A DNA stretch of 64,000 nt, taken from assembly GCA_977020255.1 (NCBI GenBank), contig CDROCS010000162.1, positions 248,001-312,000 on the forward strand, in the 5' to 3' direction. A model generated the notes under the pieces. That model had not been told where the DNA came from. It was given only the letters and a program-made list of their open reading frames with translations, and searched no databases. Origin of the DNA: Obrimoposthia wandeli (taxonomy: Eukaryota). The position numbers were made by a program, and so were the translations under genes. Shown here piece by piece: positions 63,790 through 64,000 of the stretch. Each line of letters begins with the position of its first letter. Positions within the stretch are counted from its first letter, which is position 1.

Positions 63790-64000
63790 ATCTTTGTTTT
63801 TGTTTATACACCATACATTTGTTGAAAATATCGGTTCTTATTCTCAATTCATCAGGACATGATTGAGTAAAATCAAGAAACAAGTAACCATGATGATATT
63901 TAGTTGCATCTTGAATGGAATTTATCATATATTGCCTGTTTTTTATCGTTTTTTCTCAATAACATTAGCATCATGATAGGGTCTTAAACCTTTTGAATAA
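63790..64000 (-). pseudogene. FtsK/A32-like packaging ATPase, C-terminal end
   Basis: DATKYHHGYLFLDFTQSCPDELRIRTDIF matches the Polinton ATPase C-terminal motif. Confidence 0.82.

Larger units (their letters stand above)
58232..64000 (-). mobile_element. Endogenous Polinton/adintovirus, partial and degenerate, continuing beyond the window
   Basis: AGTAGT candidate termini at 58232 and 58263. Subterminal repeats include AGTAGATTTTA x4 (58669-58712) and CCCCCGGGGG palindromes. Co-oriented virion-module and integrase genes. Confidence 0.88.

Overview
AT-rich eukaryotic (probably invertebrate animal) DNA, dense in decayed transposons. The species cannot be determined from the sequence. The ORF track misses the main structure: a minus-strand array of at least 27 intact microexons of 27, 33, 36 or 39 nt, spread over about 49 kb (9085-58114). 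All are multiples of 3, read openly in phase 1-1, and are bounded by canonical AG/GT splice signals. Joined in genomic order they give one stop-free frame of 957 nt (319 codons) made of 9-13-residue modules: P/Q-rich in the 5' half (e.g. ELPPPPPKPSDI, ERPTMNQSDL) and S/T/N/Q-rich in the 3' half. The array has grown by duplication of exon+intron cassettes and contains two dead exons with GT>GA donors. Seven exons begin with GTGAG, so their acceptors are AG|GTGAG recursive-splice-like sites. The start and stop exons were not found in the window. The introns hold a BEL/Pao remnant at the 3' edge, a Gypsy RT-RH fragment, hAT, piggyBac, Tc1/mariner and Penelope-like fragments, and a 4.66-kb internally deleted Polinton/Maverick (TIRs, 6-bp TSD, pPolB, and a gene with three 38-44-nt introns). 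A full-length decayed Gypsy element (178-4469, 5-bp TSD) lies 3' of the array. A second, adintovirus-type Polinton (ATPase, pX-like, integrase, penton, pVII-like, hexon, adenain) starts near 58232 and runs off the right edge. All family assignments come from motif recognition by eye, not from database searches.
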